This document shows positions 16,491 through 24,000 of a stretch of DNA of 24,000 bases, piece by piece. The position numbers were made by a program, and so were the translations under genes. The notes under the pieces were generated by a model. That model was not told the DNA's origin. It did no database searches and saw only the letters and a program-made list of their open reading frames with translations. The DNA is taken from NCBI GenBank assembly GCA_963677205.1, contig OY781917.1, one strand, 5' to 3'. Source of the stretch: an uncultured Aliarcobacter sp. Lineage in GTDB: Bacteria > Campylobacterota > Campylobacteria > Campylobacterales > Arcobacteraceae. How positions within the stretch are numbered: the first letter of the stretch is position 1; each line of letters opens with the position of its first letter.

Positions 16491-16973
16491 TTAGTAGTTG
16501 AACTTTATTGCAAGTTTTGATGTGTCATAAGTATAATCTCTTGGAGAATCATACATATCTACAGTTTTATAACTTCCCTCAAGTGATACATTTGAAGTAA
16601 GTCTATACTCTAAAGAAGCACCATATCCAAGACCTAATGCTGAGCCACTATCAACACTTTGAGCTACACCAGTTCCAAGTGCGAAACCAGTTAAATTCTC
16701 AACGATTTCATAACCAGCTCTTAAATCCATATCAGCACTAATTACTTCAACGCCATTTTTTGCACTACCATAAGATAAACTGTTTCCAAAACCTAAAATA
16801 ATTCCATTATCCATTCTTGTATTTGATGTATAACCAATACCATATTGTGTGTAACTATCTCCATCCATTTTTGCAGCAGTTGCACCAACTGATATTTTTG
16901 TATCAAATTCATTTGCAGTTAATACTGATGTTAAACCTGCTACTAATGAAATTACTACCAAACTTTTTTTCAT
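16491..16973 (-). CDS. Small outer-membrane beta-barrel protein (OmpA-like 8-strand barrel / OMP_b-brl type)
   Basis: Signal peptide MKKSLVVISLVAGLTSVLTA/NEF, alternating Gly/aromatic strands, and a C-terminal ...AIKFNY. I prefer the ATG at 16973 over 16979 because the AGGGAA RBS is then 7-8 nt upstream. Confidence 0.8.
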   Translation of the reverse strand: MKKSLVVISLVAGLTSVLTANEFDTKISVGATAAKMDGDSYTQYGIGYTSNTRMDNGIILGFGNSLSYGSAKNGVEVISADMDLRAGYEIVENLTGFALGTGVAQSVDSGSALGLGYGASLEYRLTSNVSLEGSYKTVDMYDSPRDYTYDTSKLAIKFNY

Positions 16974-16987
16974 ACACATTTCCCTTT

Positions 16988-17188
16988 TTATTTCTTAATA
17001 TCTGTTTGTTCTTGTGTTCCAACATAATCATTTGGAACAGAAGTTGTTTTTAAATAGGCGAAAATTCCACCAACAATTAAACAAAAAATCACCACAAGTC
17101 TAACTGTATTTCTTTTTTGTTTAGATTCATTTCCATTGTAATCATCAATTTTTTCTAAACTAGGTTCACCCTTATTTAATTTATTCAT
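16988..17188 (-). CDS. Small single-pass membrane protein, function unknown
   Basis: 66 aa with one hydrophobic helix (LVVIFCLIVGGIFAYL). A strong AAGGA RBS lies 7 nt before ATG 17188. It is tightly packed between gdh and the OMP gene. Confidence 0.6.
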   Translation of the reverse strand: MNKLNKGEPSLEKIDDYNGNESKQKRNTVRLVVIFCLIVGGIFAYLKTTSVPNDYVGTQEQTDIKK

Positions 17189-17223
17189 AAAAAATCCTTT
17201 TTATTTTTGTGACTATACAAAAC

Positions 17224-20200
17224 TTATATTAATGATACCATTAACTGATTAACAGTTACCGTAATATCTCTAATATCTTTGTTCTCTTTTACCATAAATG
17301 TATCTAAATGGTCTCTTATTTTAAAGAAAACTTGTTTTTCATTGGCAATAAAATTAGCAAATGCAACATCAGGAGCTTCATTTACCCTTTGGAAATCTAA
17401 TATTTTTTTCGTATAGTGAACTACAATATACTCAACAAATTGTAAAACTTGATTTCTTAAAGCCATATCAGTTGAGCTTGTTATTTTTACTTTGTTTAAA
17501 GCTACAATAATATCTAGAATATTAAACTCATGGATTAATGAATAAAACAACACAATAACATCTTTAAATGAGTGTGTAGTATTCTCTTTAATAATAATTG
17601 CAGCAATTGCAAATCTTAAATAATCAATTACACTATAAAATTTATTAAACTCTTCATCACCTTCAATGATAACTTCAACTTTTTCATTATGAACTTCTGA
17701 TAAAAGTGCAAATAGTTCTGCTTTATGGTCAAGTATATGAACAGAATCTAACTGATTTTTTTGAAGATATTTAACCATCCATTTTGTACTAGCATATAAA
17801 ACATATTCAAGTTTGTTTATTAATTTATACTGCTCATCTATTGGCATAATTGCATCTTGAGCATAGATTTTTTCTCTAATTTCTTTTGAACCAAACAATA
17901 ATTTTAAAACTAAATATGATTTAATTTTTAGTAAAAATTTATCATTTCCAAGTTTTGCATAATCAGAAATAAAAGTAATTCCTTGATGATTTATTACAAT
18001 ATCAGCCATCATTGTTGCAATTATCTCTCTTTTTAGTGGATGATTTGCAATTTGTTGCTCATAAGCTCCAACAAATGTTTTTGGAAAGTATCTAAATAGA
18101 TATTGTTGGCAAAAAGCTTCATCAATAAGAGCTGATTCTAATAATATTTTTTTGATAAATATTTTACAATATGATAACAGTGAACCTAAAACAGGTCGCA
18201 CAATTGAGCCATTAATATCAATAATTTCATTTATATTTTCATTTTTAGGAATGTAAAAATCTCTTCTATTAAATGCTTCAACTTCATTTTCTAAAACTTC
18301 AATAGATTTTAAATAATCATTTGGATATTTTCTTGAAAATTGTTCATCAATTGAAATCATACAAGCTTGGTCATAGTTACTTCTTAAAACTAATTGAACA
18401 ACTGCTTGTGTTAGAGAATGAAGAGTCTCATTTGTTTGTTTTTCATTTAAAATACCTTGATTTTTAATAATATTCAATAAAATTTTTAAGTTTACTTCAT
18501 GGTCAGATGTATTAACTCCCGCTGCATTATCAATAGCATCAAGATTTATTCTTCCACCATTTAGAGCAAATTCAATTCTTGCTTTTTGTGTAAAACCTAA
18601 ATTCCCACCCTCACAAACGATTTTTGCTTTTAAATCACTTGCATCAACTCTTACTGCTTCATTTTGTTTATCACCTAAATCAAGACTATTTTCATCACTT
18701 GCTTTTACATAAGTTCCAACTCCACCATTAAATAATAAATCCACATCTAATGTTAGAAGTTTTCTACAAAGCTCTTCCCCTGAAATTGTTTTTTTAGTAC
18801 ATTTTATAAGTTCTTGTATTTGTGGGCTTAATTCTATTTGTTTATCACTTCTTTTAAAAACTCCACCACCTTCAGAAATTAAAGATACATCATAATTTGC
18901 CCAACCACCATCTTTTGATTCAAAAAGTCTTTTTCTTTCTAAATATGATTTTTCTAAATCAGGATTTGGGTCAATAAAAATCTCTTTTTGTGAAATTGCC
19001 CCAAGAAGTTTGAACTTCTCAGATTCCATCATTCCATTTCCAAAAACATCTCCACTCATAGAACCAATCCCAACAACTGAAATCTCTTGTTTATGAATAT
19101 CAATACCCTCTTCTATAAAAAATCTTTGTGTTGAAATCATTGCACCTTTGGCTGTAATTCCTAAATCTTTATGTCCAAAACCATTACTTCCACCACTAGC
19201 AAAAGCATCACCTAACCAATAATTTCTTCCAATAGCAATTGCATTTGCAACATCACTCATGGCAGCAGTTCCCTTATCAGCAGCAACTACAAAATATGCA
19301 TCATCCCCATCATAACAAACCACATCAGGATTTTTTACGATTTTTCCATCTATCATATTATCAACTAAATCAAGGTTAGCATTGATAAATAATGTATAAA
19401 TCTCTTTGAAATACTCTTTTGAAACTTCACTTGAATCTTTATTTATTACAAATCCACCCTTTGCACCACTTGGAATAATAATAGAGTTTTTCCCCTCTTG
19501 TGTAATCATCAAAGATTTTATCTCTTGTCGATAGTCATCATGTCTATCAGACCATCGTAGCCCTCCTCTTGAAACCTTTGTCATTCTTAAATGAATCCCA
19601 TAAAAATCCCTATGGTAAATAAAGTTTTCAATATTTGGTTGTAATCCTTTTAAATCTTTTCCAAATGTTTTTGTATCAATTTTAAAAGATAGCGTCTCTT
19701 TTTCTAAGAAATAGTTTGTTCTTAAAAGAGATTTTAAAAATAACACCATGATATTTAGGATTTTGTCATCTAAAATTTGAGGAACAAGTTTTATTTTCTC
19801 TTTTATCTTTTCTTCAATTTTTTCTAACAACTTCTCTTTTTGTTCTATTTTAGGGTCAAATTTTGTTAAGAAATACTCTACAAACAGAGCCGTAATAGAG
19901 TGATGAGTTGTTAACGTATTTAAAATTGCAGTTGAATTAACACTTAAAACAGCTTGTCCAATATACGAAATAAATGCTCTTAAAATATATATTTTTCTAA
20001 GGTCAAAATTCTCTTGATAAACTAAAGAGAAAGTTTTTGAGGGTTTGATTGTTCTATCTTTTAAAGAGTGAGTAATAATATCTTCAATATTTTGTTTTGC
20101 AAGATCTAGTTTCTCAAAATCTGTAATGTTTAGATTAAATCTAGAGATATAAATTAAATCTTTTTTATTCATTACATTGTAAGTTACTTCATCTATTATT

Positions 20201-20409
20201 TCAAAACCTAAAGTATGTAAAAGTGGTGTTATACAAGATAAAAAGAGTTGTTCTTTTGAAAAAATTTTGATATATTTTGTATTTTTATTATCTAAAATTT
20301 TTGTAACAACACCTTCATCTAACACTTGTTTAAATAGTTCTTCACTAACTATCAAATCATCACTTGTTAAAATTTGTGAACATATTGCATTAATATCTTG
20401 AGTAGCCAT
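17224..20409 (-). CDS. Large NAD-specific glutamate dehydrogenase (Bac_GDH / GdhB-type family), 1061 aa
   Basis: Contains SRGGLRWSDRHDDYRQEIKSLMITQEGKNSIIIPSGAKGGFV and the dinucleotide-binding VVGIGSMSGDVFGNGM, both characteristic of large NAD-GDHs. ATG 20409 with an AAGGA RBS. Confidence 0.9.
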   Translation of the reverse strand: MATQDINAICSQILTSDDLIVSEELFKQVLDEGVVTKILDNKNTKYIKIFSKEQLFLSCITPLLHTLGFEIIDEVTYNVMNKKDLIYISRFNLNITDFEKLDLAKQNIEDIITHSLKDRTIKPSKTFSLVYQENFDLRKIYILRAFISYIGQAVLSVNSTAILNTLTTHHSITALFVEYFLTKFDPKIEQKEKLLEKIEEKIKEKIKLVPQILDDKILNIMVLFLKSLLRTNYFLEKETLSFKIDTKTFGKDLKGLQPNIENFIYHRDFYGIHLRMTKVSRGGLRWSDRHDDYRQEIKSLMITQEGKNSIIIPSGAKGGFVINKDSSEVSKEYFKEIYTLFINANLDLVDNMIDGKIVKNPDVVCYDGDDAYFVVAADKGTAAMSDVANAIAIGRNYWLGDAFASGGSNGFGHKDLGITAKGAMISTQRFFIEEGIDIHKQEISVVGIGSMSGDVFGNGMMESEKFKLLGAISQKEIFIDPNPDLEKSYLERKRLFESKDGGWANYDVSLISEGGGVFKRSDKQIELSPQIQELIKCTKKTISGEELCRKLLTLDVDLLFNGGVGTYVKASDENSLDLGDKQNEAVRVDASDLKAKIVCEGGNLGFTQKARIEFALNGGRINLDAIDNAAGVNTSDHEVNLKILLNIIKNQGILNEKQTNETLHSLTQAVVQLVLRSNYDQACMISIDEQFSRKYPNDYLKSIEVLENEVEAFNRRDFYIPKNENINEIIDINGSIVRPVLGSLLSYCKIFIKKILLESALIDEAFCQQYLFRYFPKTFVGAYEQQIANHPLKREIIATMMADIVINHQGITFISDYAKLGNDKFLLKIKSYLVLKLLFGSKEIREKIYAQDAIMPIDEQYKLINKLEYVLYASTKWMVKYLQKNQLDSVHILDHKAELFALLSEVHNEKVEVIIEGDEEFNKFYSVIDYLRFAIAAIIIKENTTHSFKDVIVLFYSLIHEFNILDIIVALNKVKITSSTDMALRNQVLQFVEYIVVHYTKKILDFQRVNEAPDVAFANFIANEKQVFFKIRDHLDTFMVKENKDIRDITVTVNQLMVSLI

Positions 20410-20512
20410 ATTCTAAATCCTTTGAAAATAGTCTTTAGTTATATACTACCTTTTATGTCTTAAATTTTCAGTTAAAAAAATCTTCTGATTTTCCTAGTAA
20501 AATTTATTATTA

Positions 20513-20980
20513 TCAAACTGTAACTTTAAATATTTTTGCACTTAATAATTTTTCTAAATCTTGGGGTTTAACCTCAATATCAAGTCCTCGTTTACCACCA
20601 CTAATAAAGATAGTATCAAAGTTTTTAACACTTTGGTCAAGAACAGTTTTTAATCTCTTTTTTTGTCCCAAAGGTGAGATTCCACCAAGTAAATAACCAG
20701 TTACTTTTTGAGCTTCGTCTTTATTTGCCATTGCAGCTTTTTTAACTCCAAAAGCAGCTGCCACATCTTTTAGACTTAACTGATTTGAAACAGGTAAAAC
20801 GCAAACTGCTAACTCTTTGGGAGTTAGTTCCACAAGTAAAGTTTTATAAACCTGAGCAGCATCAAGGCCAAGCTTTTCAACAGCTTCATCACCAAAATTT
20901 GTACAAGCTGGGTCGTGGTCATATTTGTGTATTTTAAAATCACATTTGTTTTTTTTAAGTAAATCAATTGCTGGTGTCAT
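20513..20980 (-). CDS. ybaK: Cys-tRNA(Pro)/Cys-tRNA(Cys) deacylase YbaK
   Basis: 155 aa, near-colinear with E. coli YbaK as I remember it: [19 protein letters not shown]...FGDE...KLGL...QVYKTLLV...[16 protein letters not shown]...[10 protein letters not shown]. Confidence 0.92.
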   Translation of the reverse strand: MTPAIDLLKKNKCDFKIHKYDHDPACTNFGDEAVEKLGLDAAQVYKTLLVELTPKELAVCVLPVSNQLSLKDVAAAFGVKKAAMANKDEAQKVTGYLLGGISPLGQKKRLKTVLDQSVKNFDTIFISGGKRGLDIEVKPQDLEKLLSAKIFKVTV

Positions 20981-22049
20981 TTAAGTAAAATTCCTCTTTT
21001 AAAATCTCTTCACCATTTATCAAAATTGCAATAAAATGCTTTCCTAAATAGTGTTTTCGAGTTGTCATATTTTTAAAACTCTGTTTTTTCGTAAACTTTT
21101 TTGAAGATGATTTTATCTCATTTTGGCTTATCATAAAGATTTTTCTATTGTGAGTTTTGTTTGATTTTAGATAATCAATAGCGTATTCAACTCTGATATT
21201 TCCAATACTTTCACTTGAATTTATCTCAAATGAAAAAGTCAAATTTTCATCTACATTTACACTTTTATCATAACAAAAATCTATGAGATTAATATGATTT
21301 GACTTAGAAAAATCAAACAAGTCCAAAATCTGCTTATTGCCTTTTTTTAGAAGTGTTCGAGATGCATGTTTACAAATCCAATCCAGCTCTTTTGTACTTC
21401 CAAGATTTGCTTTTACAAACTCTATTACAAGTTCTGGATTGTCTTTTGAAATATCATTTAGATTGTTTGCAACAGATTTTCTCACATACAAACTTTTATC
21501 ATTTTTTAGAAGTTCTATTATTTCTAAAACTTTTGTTGGGTCTCTTTTAAATAAAGGAAGTGCTACAGCCCAAGGAAGTCTTGGACGACAACCTTCGCTA
21601 GCAAGTCTTCGCAAATGTTCATTTGGTGTTTTTGCCCAAATTTTCATTTGCTCCATAGTTTCATCTTCATACTTTAAAATAAACTGCCTAATAGCAAACT
21701 CACTACTAGAATCAATGGTAAAAACTTCCAAAGCATTTAAAGACTCTTCTAAATCATCAAGCCCAAAAACCTCAACAAAATCTTGAAAAACCATAGCTTC
21801 AAGGCCACCAAAATCTTTTTTTACCTCTTTTAAAATCTCAACTTGTTTTTTGTATGCAAAAGGTAAATATTTATTTAAAGTAAGAGCAATATGTCGCATT
21901 CGCATCTTTAATTCTAAATCTTGCCATGAGTTATCAAAAATAGAGTTTATAAAATTTTCTTTTTCAAAGTTTGAGTAAGTCAAAAAGAGTTTATTTGCAA
22001 GTTTTAAAATAAACTCTTTTGAATATAAATTTTTTAGTTGTTCAGCCAT
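20964..22049 (-). CDS. DNA alkylation repair protein, HEAT-like-repeat glycosylase family (AlkC/AlkD-like, long form with a C-terminal extra domain)
   Basis: 361 aa with ...[14 protein letters not shown]..., [25 protein letters not shown] and [19 protein letters not shown], which are hallmark blocks of this family. A C-terminal region of about 100 aa would fit the Ig-like domain of long AlkC proteins. It overlaps ybaK by 17 nt. Confidence 0.8.
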   Translation of the reverse strand: MAEQLKNLYSKEFILKLANKLFLTYSNFEKENFINSIFDNSWQDLELKMRMRHIALTLNKYLPFAYKKQVEILKEVKKDFGGLEAMVFQDFVEVFGLDDLEESLNALEVFTIDSSSEFAIRQFILKYEDETMEQMKIWAKTPNEHLRRLASEGCRPRLPWAVALPLFKRDPTKVLEIIELLKNDKSLYVRKSVANNLNDISKDNPELVIEFVKANLGSTKELDWICKHASRTLLKKGNKQILDLFDFSKSNHINLIDFCYDKSVNVDENLTFSFEINSSESIGNIRVEYAIDYLKSNKTHNRKIFMISQNEIKSSSKKFTKKQSFKNMTTRKHYLGKHFIAILINGEEILKEEFYLNDTSN

Positions 22050-22056
22050 ATTTTTC

Positions 22057-22914
22057 CTAATTTAATTTTTTTATTAATTCATCAATATCAAGGTTTATCT
22101 TTGAAAAAGCAAACCATCTTTTACCAAGGTCTTTGATACTTGCACCTATATGAAAAATCTCTTTTTTATCAATTATCAAAAATCTGTCATGTGAATTTTG
22201 AAAAGTTTTTAAAGTAATATTATCATACTGTTTTGAATACTTTTCAAAATCAAGTTTTAATTGCTTTGAAATTGTATTTGTATAGATAGTTACTTTTATA
22301 TGTGGAGTTTTTGAAAAAAGTGTTAATGTCGTATCATCAATGTAATTATCAATAAGTATTATCTCATTTTTTGCTTTTTTTATTAAATCTGATACAAAAC
22401 TATAAGCATCATAAACTTGCCCATCATAGAAAATACCTTGTTTGATTTTCAAACTATTATCTTCAAATTTAGCTGAGATATTATCAATTTTATTTTTTAA
22501 GATATTCACATCTTTTTCTAAAGAAACAAATCTTTCATTTGTAATTTTATCACTATTTATTACATAACCATTTTGAATATAATTTTTTAGAATCGTAGTT
22601 GCCCATTGCCTAAACTTAACACCTTTTTGAGATTTCACTCTATATCCTACTGAGATAATAACATCTAAATTATAGTATTCGACATTGTATATTTTACCAT
22701 CCAATGCAGTTGTCGCAAAATTTGCGACAACTGAAATCTTCTCTAACTCTTTTTCTTCAAATATATTATTTATATGTTTACCAATAGTTTTTACGTCTCT
22801 GCCAAAAAGTTCAGATAGTTGAGTTCTATTTAGCCATACAGTTTCAGTATTTACTGAAACTTTTAGTTCCAATTCACCATCATTATAAACTACAATATTA
22901 GATATATTATTCAT
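22057..22914 (-). CDS. RhuM-N-like (ORF6N/KilA-N-like DNA-binding) protein with a distinct C-terminal HDRFLIID...GASIKDLGKRWFAFS domain
   Basis: The N-terminal 125 aa match the RhuM family core (ETVWLNRTQLSELFGRDVKTIGKHINNIF...YYNLDVIISVGYRVKSQKGVKFRQWATTILKNY). The C-terminal half is not the usual RhuM tail. The gene ends 7 nt upstream of the AlkC-like gene. Confidence 0.8.
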   Translation of the reverse strand: MNNISNIVVYNDGELELKVSVNTETVWLNRTQLSELFGRDVKTIGKHINNIFEEKELEKISVVANFATTALDGKIYNVEYYNLDVIISVGYRVKSQKGVKFRQWATTILKNYIQNGYVINSDKITNERFVSLEKDVNILKNKIDNISAKFEDNSLKIKQGIFYDGQVYDAYSFVSDLIKKAKNEIILIDNYIDDTTLTLFSKTPHIKVTIYTNTISKQLKLDFEKYSKQYDNITLKTFQNSHDRFLIIDKKEIFHIGASIKDLGKRWFAFSKINLDIDELIKKLN

Positions 22915-23064
22915 AAAGATACCTTTTTAATTTAATTGATTTTGAACTATATCGTAAAAGATAATTTTGGGTTTAAAATATTGCAGATTGTTATATTTTA
23001 ATTATTTTAAGAGTATTTTATATAAAATGTATTTAAATAATTACAAACTTCAAGGAAATTCTTC

Positions 23065-23466
23065 ATGCTAACAGATGTGTTTATTAACAGATATCAAAAT
23101 TTATCATCACTACAAACTTATGAAGGAAATCCAAAACCAAAACTTGCTAATTTAATAAGACAAGCAACTCAAATAATTTATGAAGATATTCAAAAAGAAA
23201 TACCTATTAGTGAAAATACTTTTAAATCTGCTCATGATAAATTATGTAGAGAATTTGGAATAGGTAGATTATTTGATTCTAATACATATTCTAATATTTG
23301 TGCCTATTTCTTATTTGAACAATATGATTTATTTAATAATAGACATGGTAATTCTGATTATTTTATTAAATTTCGTATCAGTCTAATTGAACTTTTACTA
23401 AGAGAAATTGATATTCAAATATTTGAACCATTTGAACTCATAGAAAAAAAAAGTTTTTTGGTTTAA
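23065..23466 (+). CDS. N-terminal part of an AbiJ-like HEPN protein (either a separate 133-aa ORF or the upstream half of a frameshifted gene)
   Basis: ATG 23065 with an AAGGAA RBS. The ORF ends at TAA 23464-23466, 12 nt after an A9 tract. The -1 frame is open from 23436 to the window edge. Confidence 0.6.
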   Translation: MLTDVFINRYQNLSSLQTYEGNPKPKLANLIRQATQIIYEDIQKEIPISENTFKSAHDKLCREFGIGRLFDSNTYSNICAYFLFEQYDLFNNRHGNSDYFIKFRISLIELLLREIDIQIFEPFELIEKKSFLV

Positions 23467-24000
23467 TTAAGTCAAATAACTCCGAAGAAATCATTTTACA
23501 AAAGAAAAAACAAAAACATTTTCAAATATGTATTGAAGAATTTAATCAAAGAATGAAACTTGCAAATTTTCCATTTCATTATCATAATGGATACATACAA
23601 AAACAACATGATGAATTAAGTACTCAACAAATACATACACCCTTTTGGGAACTATTAAAAGATATTAAATGGAAAAATGTTGATATGGATATAAAAGAAG
23701 CTATTGATAGACGAGATACAAATGGAAAAGATTCTTCATTATATGCTGCAAGAGCACTTGAAAGTACTATAAAAATAATTAGTGATGAAAAAGGTTGGAC
23801 AATAGGAAATGAAAAAGGTGTTGCAAATTTTATTGATAATTTGGTAAGTAAAAAGAATGGAAAATTTATCGATGTATGGGAATCTGATTTCTTAAAAAAA
23901 TATTTTTCAGAAACTAGAAACCCATTTGCACATGGCTCAGGTTCACAAAATCCAGCACAATTTAATCATGAACAAATTACTTGGGCAATTGAAAATAGTA
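23436..24000 (+). CDS. HEPN-domain protein, AbiJ-like C-terminal part (partial; runs off the right edge)
   Basis: Hand translation of the frame one nucleotide back from the upstream ORF gives ...FPFHYHNGYIQKQHDELSTQQIHTPFWELLKDIKWKNVDMDIKEAIDRRDTNGKDSSLYAARALESTIKIISDEKGWTIGNEKGVANFIDNLVSKKNGKFIDVWESDFLKKYFSETRNPFAHGSGSQNPAQF..., with the Rx4H HEPN motif RNPFAH at 23916-23933. The first in-frame ATG is at 23553. The feature is missing from the ORF track because it has no stop in the window. Confidence 0.65.
23444..23452 (+). repeat. A9 homopolymer followed by G and T6, at the junction of the two AbiJ-like reading frames
   Basis: Read directly: GAAAAAAAAAGTTTTTT. In the upstream frame it reads GAA AAA AAA AGT, so it contains an A_AAA_AAA slippery heptamer. 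Confidence 0.9.

Noticed and set aside
16817-17053. 78-aa plus-strand ORF overlapping the OMP and 66-aa genes
   Set aside because: It is antisense to two genes with good RBSs, and its composition is low-complexity Leu/Phe/Gln.
15177-17188. Possible TOMM/thiazole-oxazole RiPP cluster, with the SagB homologue acting on the 66-aa ORF as precursor
   Set aside because: There is no YcaO or cyclodehydratase gene in the window. The 66-aa protein has one Cys, a central TM helix and no Cys/Ser/Thr-rich core, so it does not look like a precursor peptide.
20477-20492. AAAATC-N4-GATTTT hairpin between ybaK and gdh as a possible minus-strand terminator
   Set aside because: The stem is only 6 bp with a single G-C pair. 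That is too weak to call, so ybaK and gdh may or may not be separate transcripts.
21337-21786. 149-aa and 65-aa plus-strand ORFs inside the AlkC-like gene
   Set aside because: They are antisense to the most conserved block of the alkylation-repair protein ([15 protein letters not shown]...[12 protein letters not shown]), so I treat them as shadow ORFs.
1-24000. Scan for CRISPR arrays, tRNA/rRNA genes, IS elements, integrases and long tandem repeats
   Set aside because: I saw no regularly spaced direct repeats, no cloverleaf-like GC-rich segments, and no transposase or integrase-like ORFs. Intergenic regions are short and AT-rich. This was a scan by eye, not a computation.

Overview
AT-rich bacterial chromosomal segment. 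Single 60-nt lines that I hand-counted range from 15% to 33% G+C. Gene content and protein sequences look Campylobacterota (Arcobacter-like); that assignment is inference only. Coding density is high and I saw no rRNA, tRNA, CRISPR array, transposase or integrase.

Gene order, left to right:
- htpG (minus strand, runs off the left edge), with a CIRCE-like inverted repeat in its divergent promoter region.
- A 627-aa protein with an HExxH motif, translationally coupled to a small cysteine-rich CWC-type protein.
- A five-gene minus-strand operon: two PqiA/LetA-like half-proteins separated only by one in-frame TAA, a seven-MCE-domain LetB-like protein, a 429-aa membrane protein and a PPP-family metallophosphatase.
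- A group-II-like truncated haemoglobin.
- A terminator-insulated two-gene cassette: an ABC/AAA_21-type ATPase plus an overlapping 163-aa protein I cannot place in a family.
- A membrane GGDEF-EAL protein whose periplasmic loop carries a CxxCH haem-c motif.
- A minus-strand string: large NAD-glutamate dehydrogenase, 66-aa membrane protein, small beta-barrel OMP, SagB/ThcOx-type dehydrogenase.
- ybaK, an AlkC/AlkD-like DNA alkylation repair protein and a RhuM-N-like protein.
- At the right edge, an AbiJ-like HEPN (RNPFAH) gene whose two parts are in different frames across an A9 tract.

The best candidate for an undescribed system is the ATPase + 163-aa cassette (10756-12367). The right-hand end (22057-24000) looks like the edge of a defence or accessory island.
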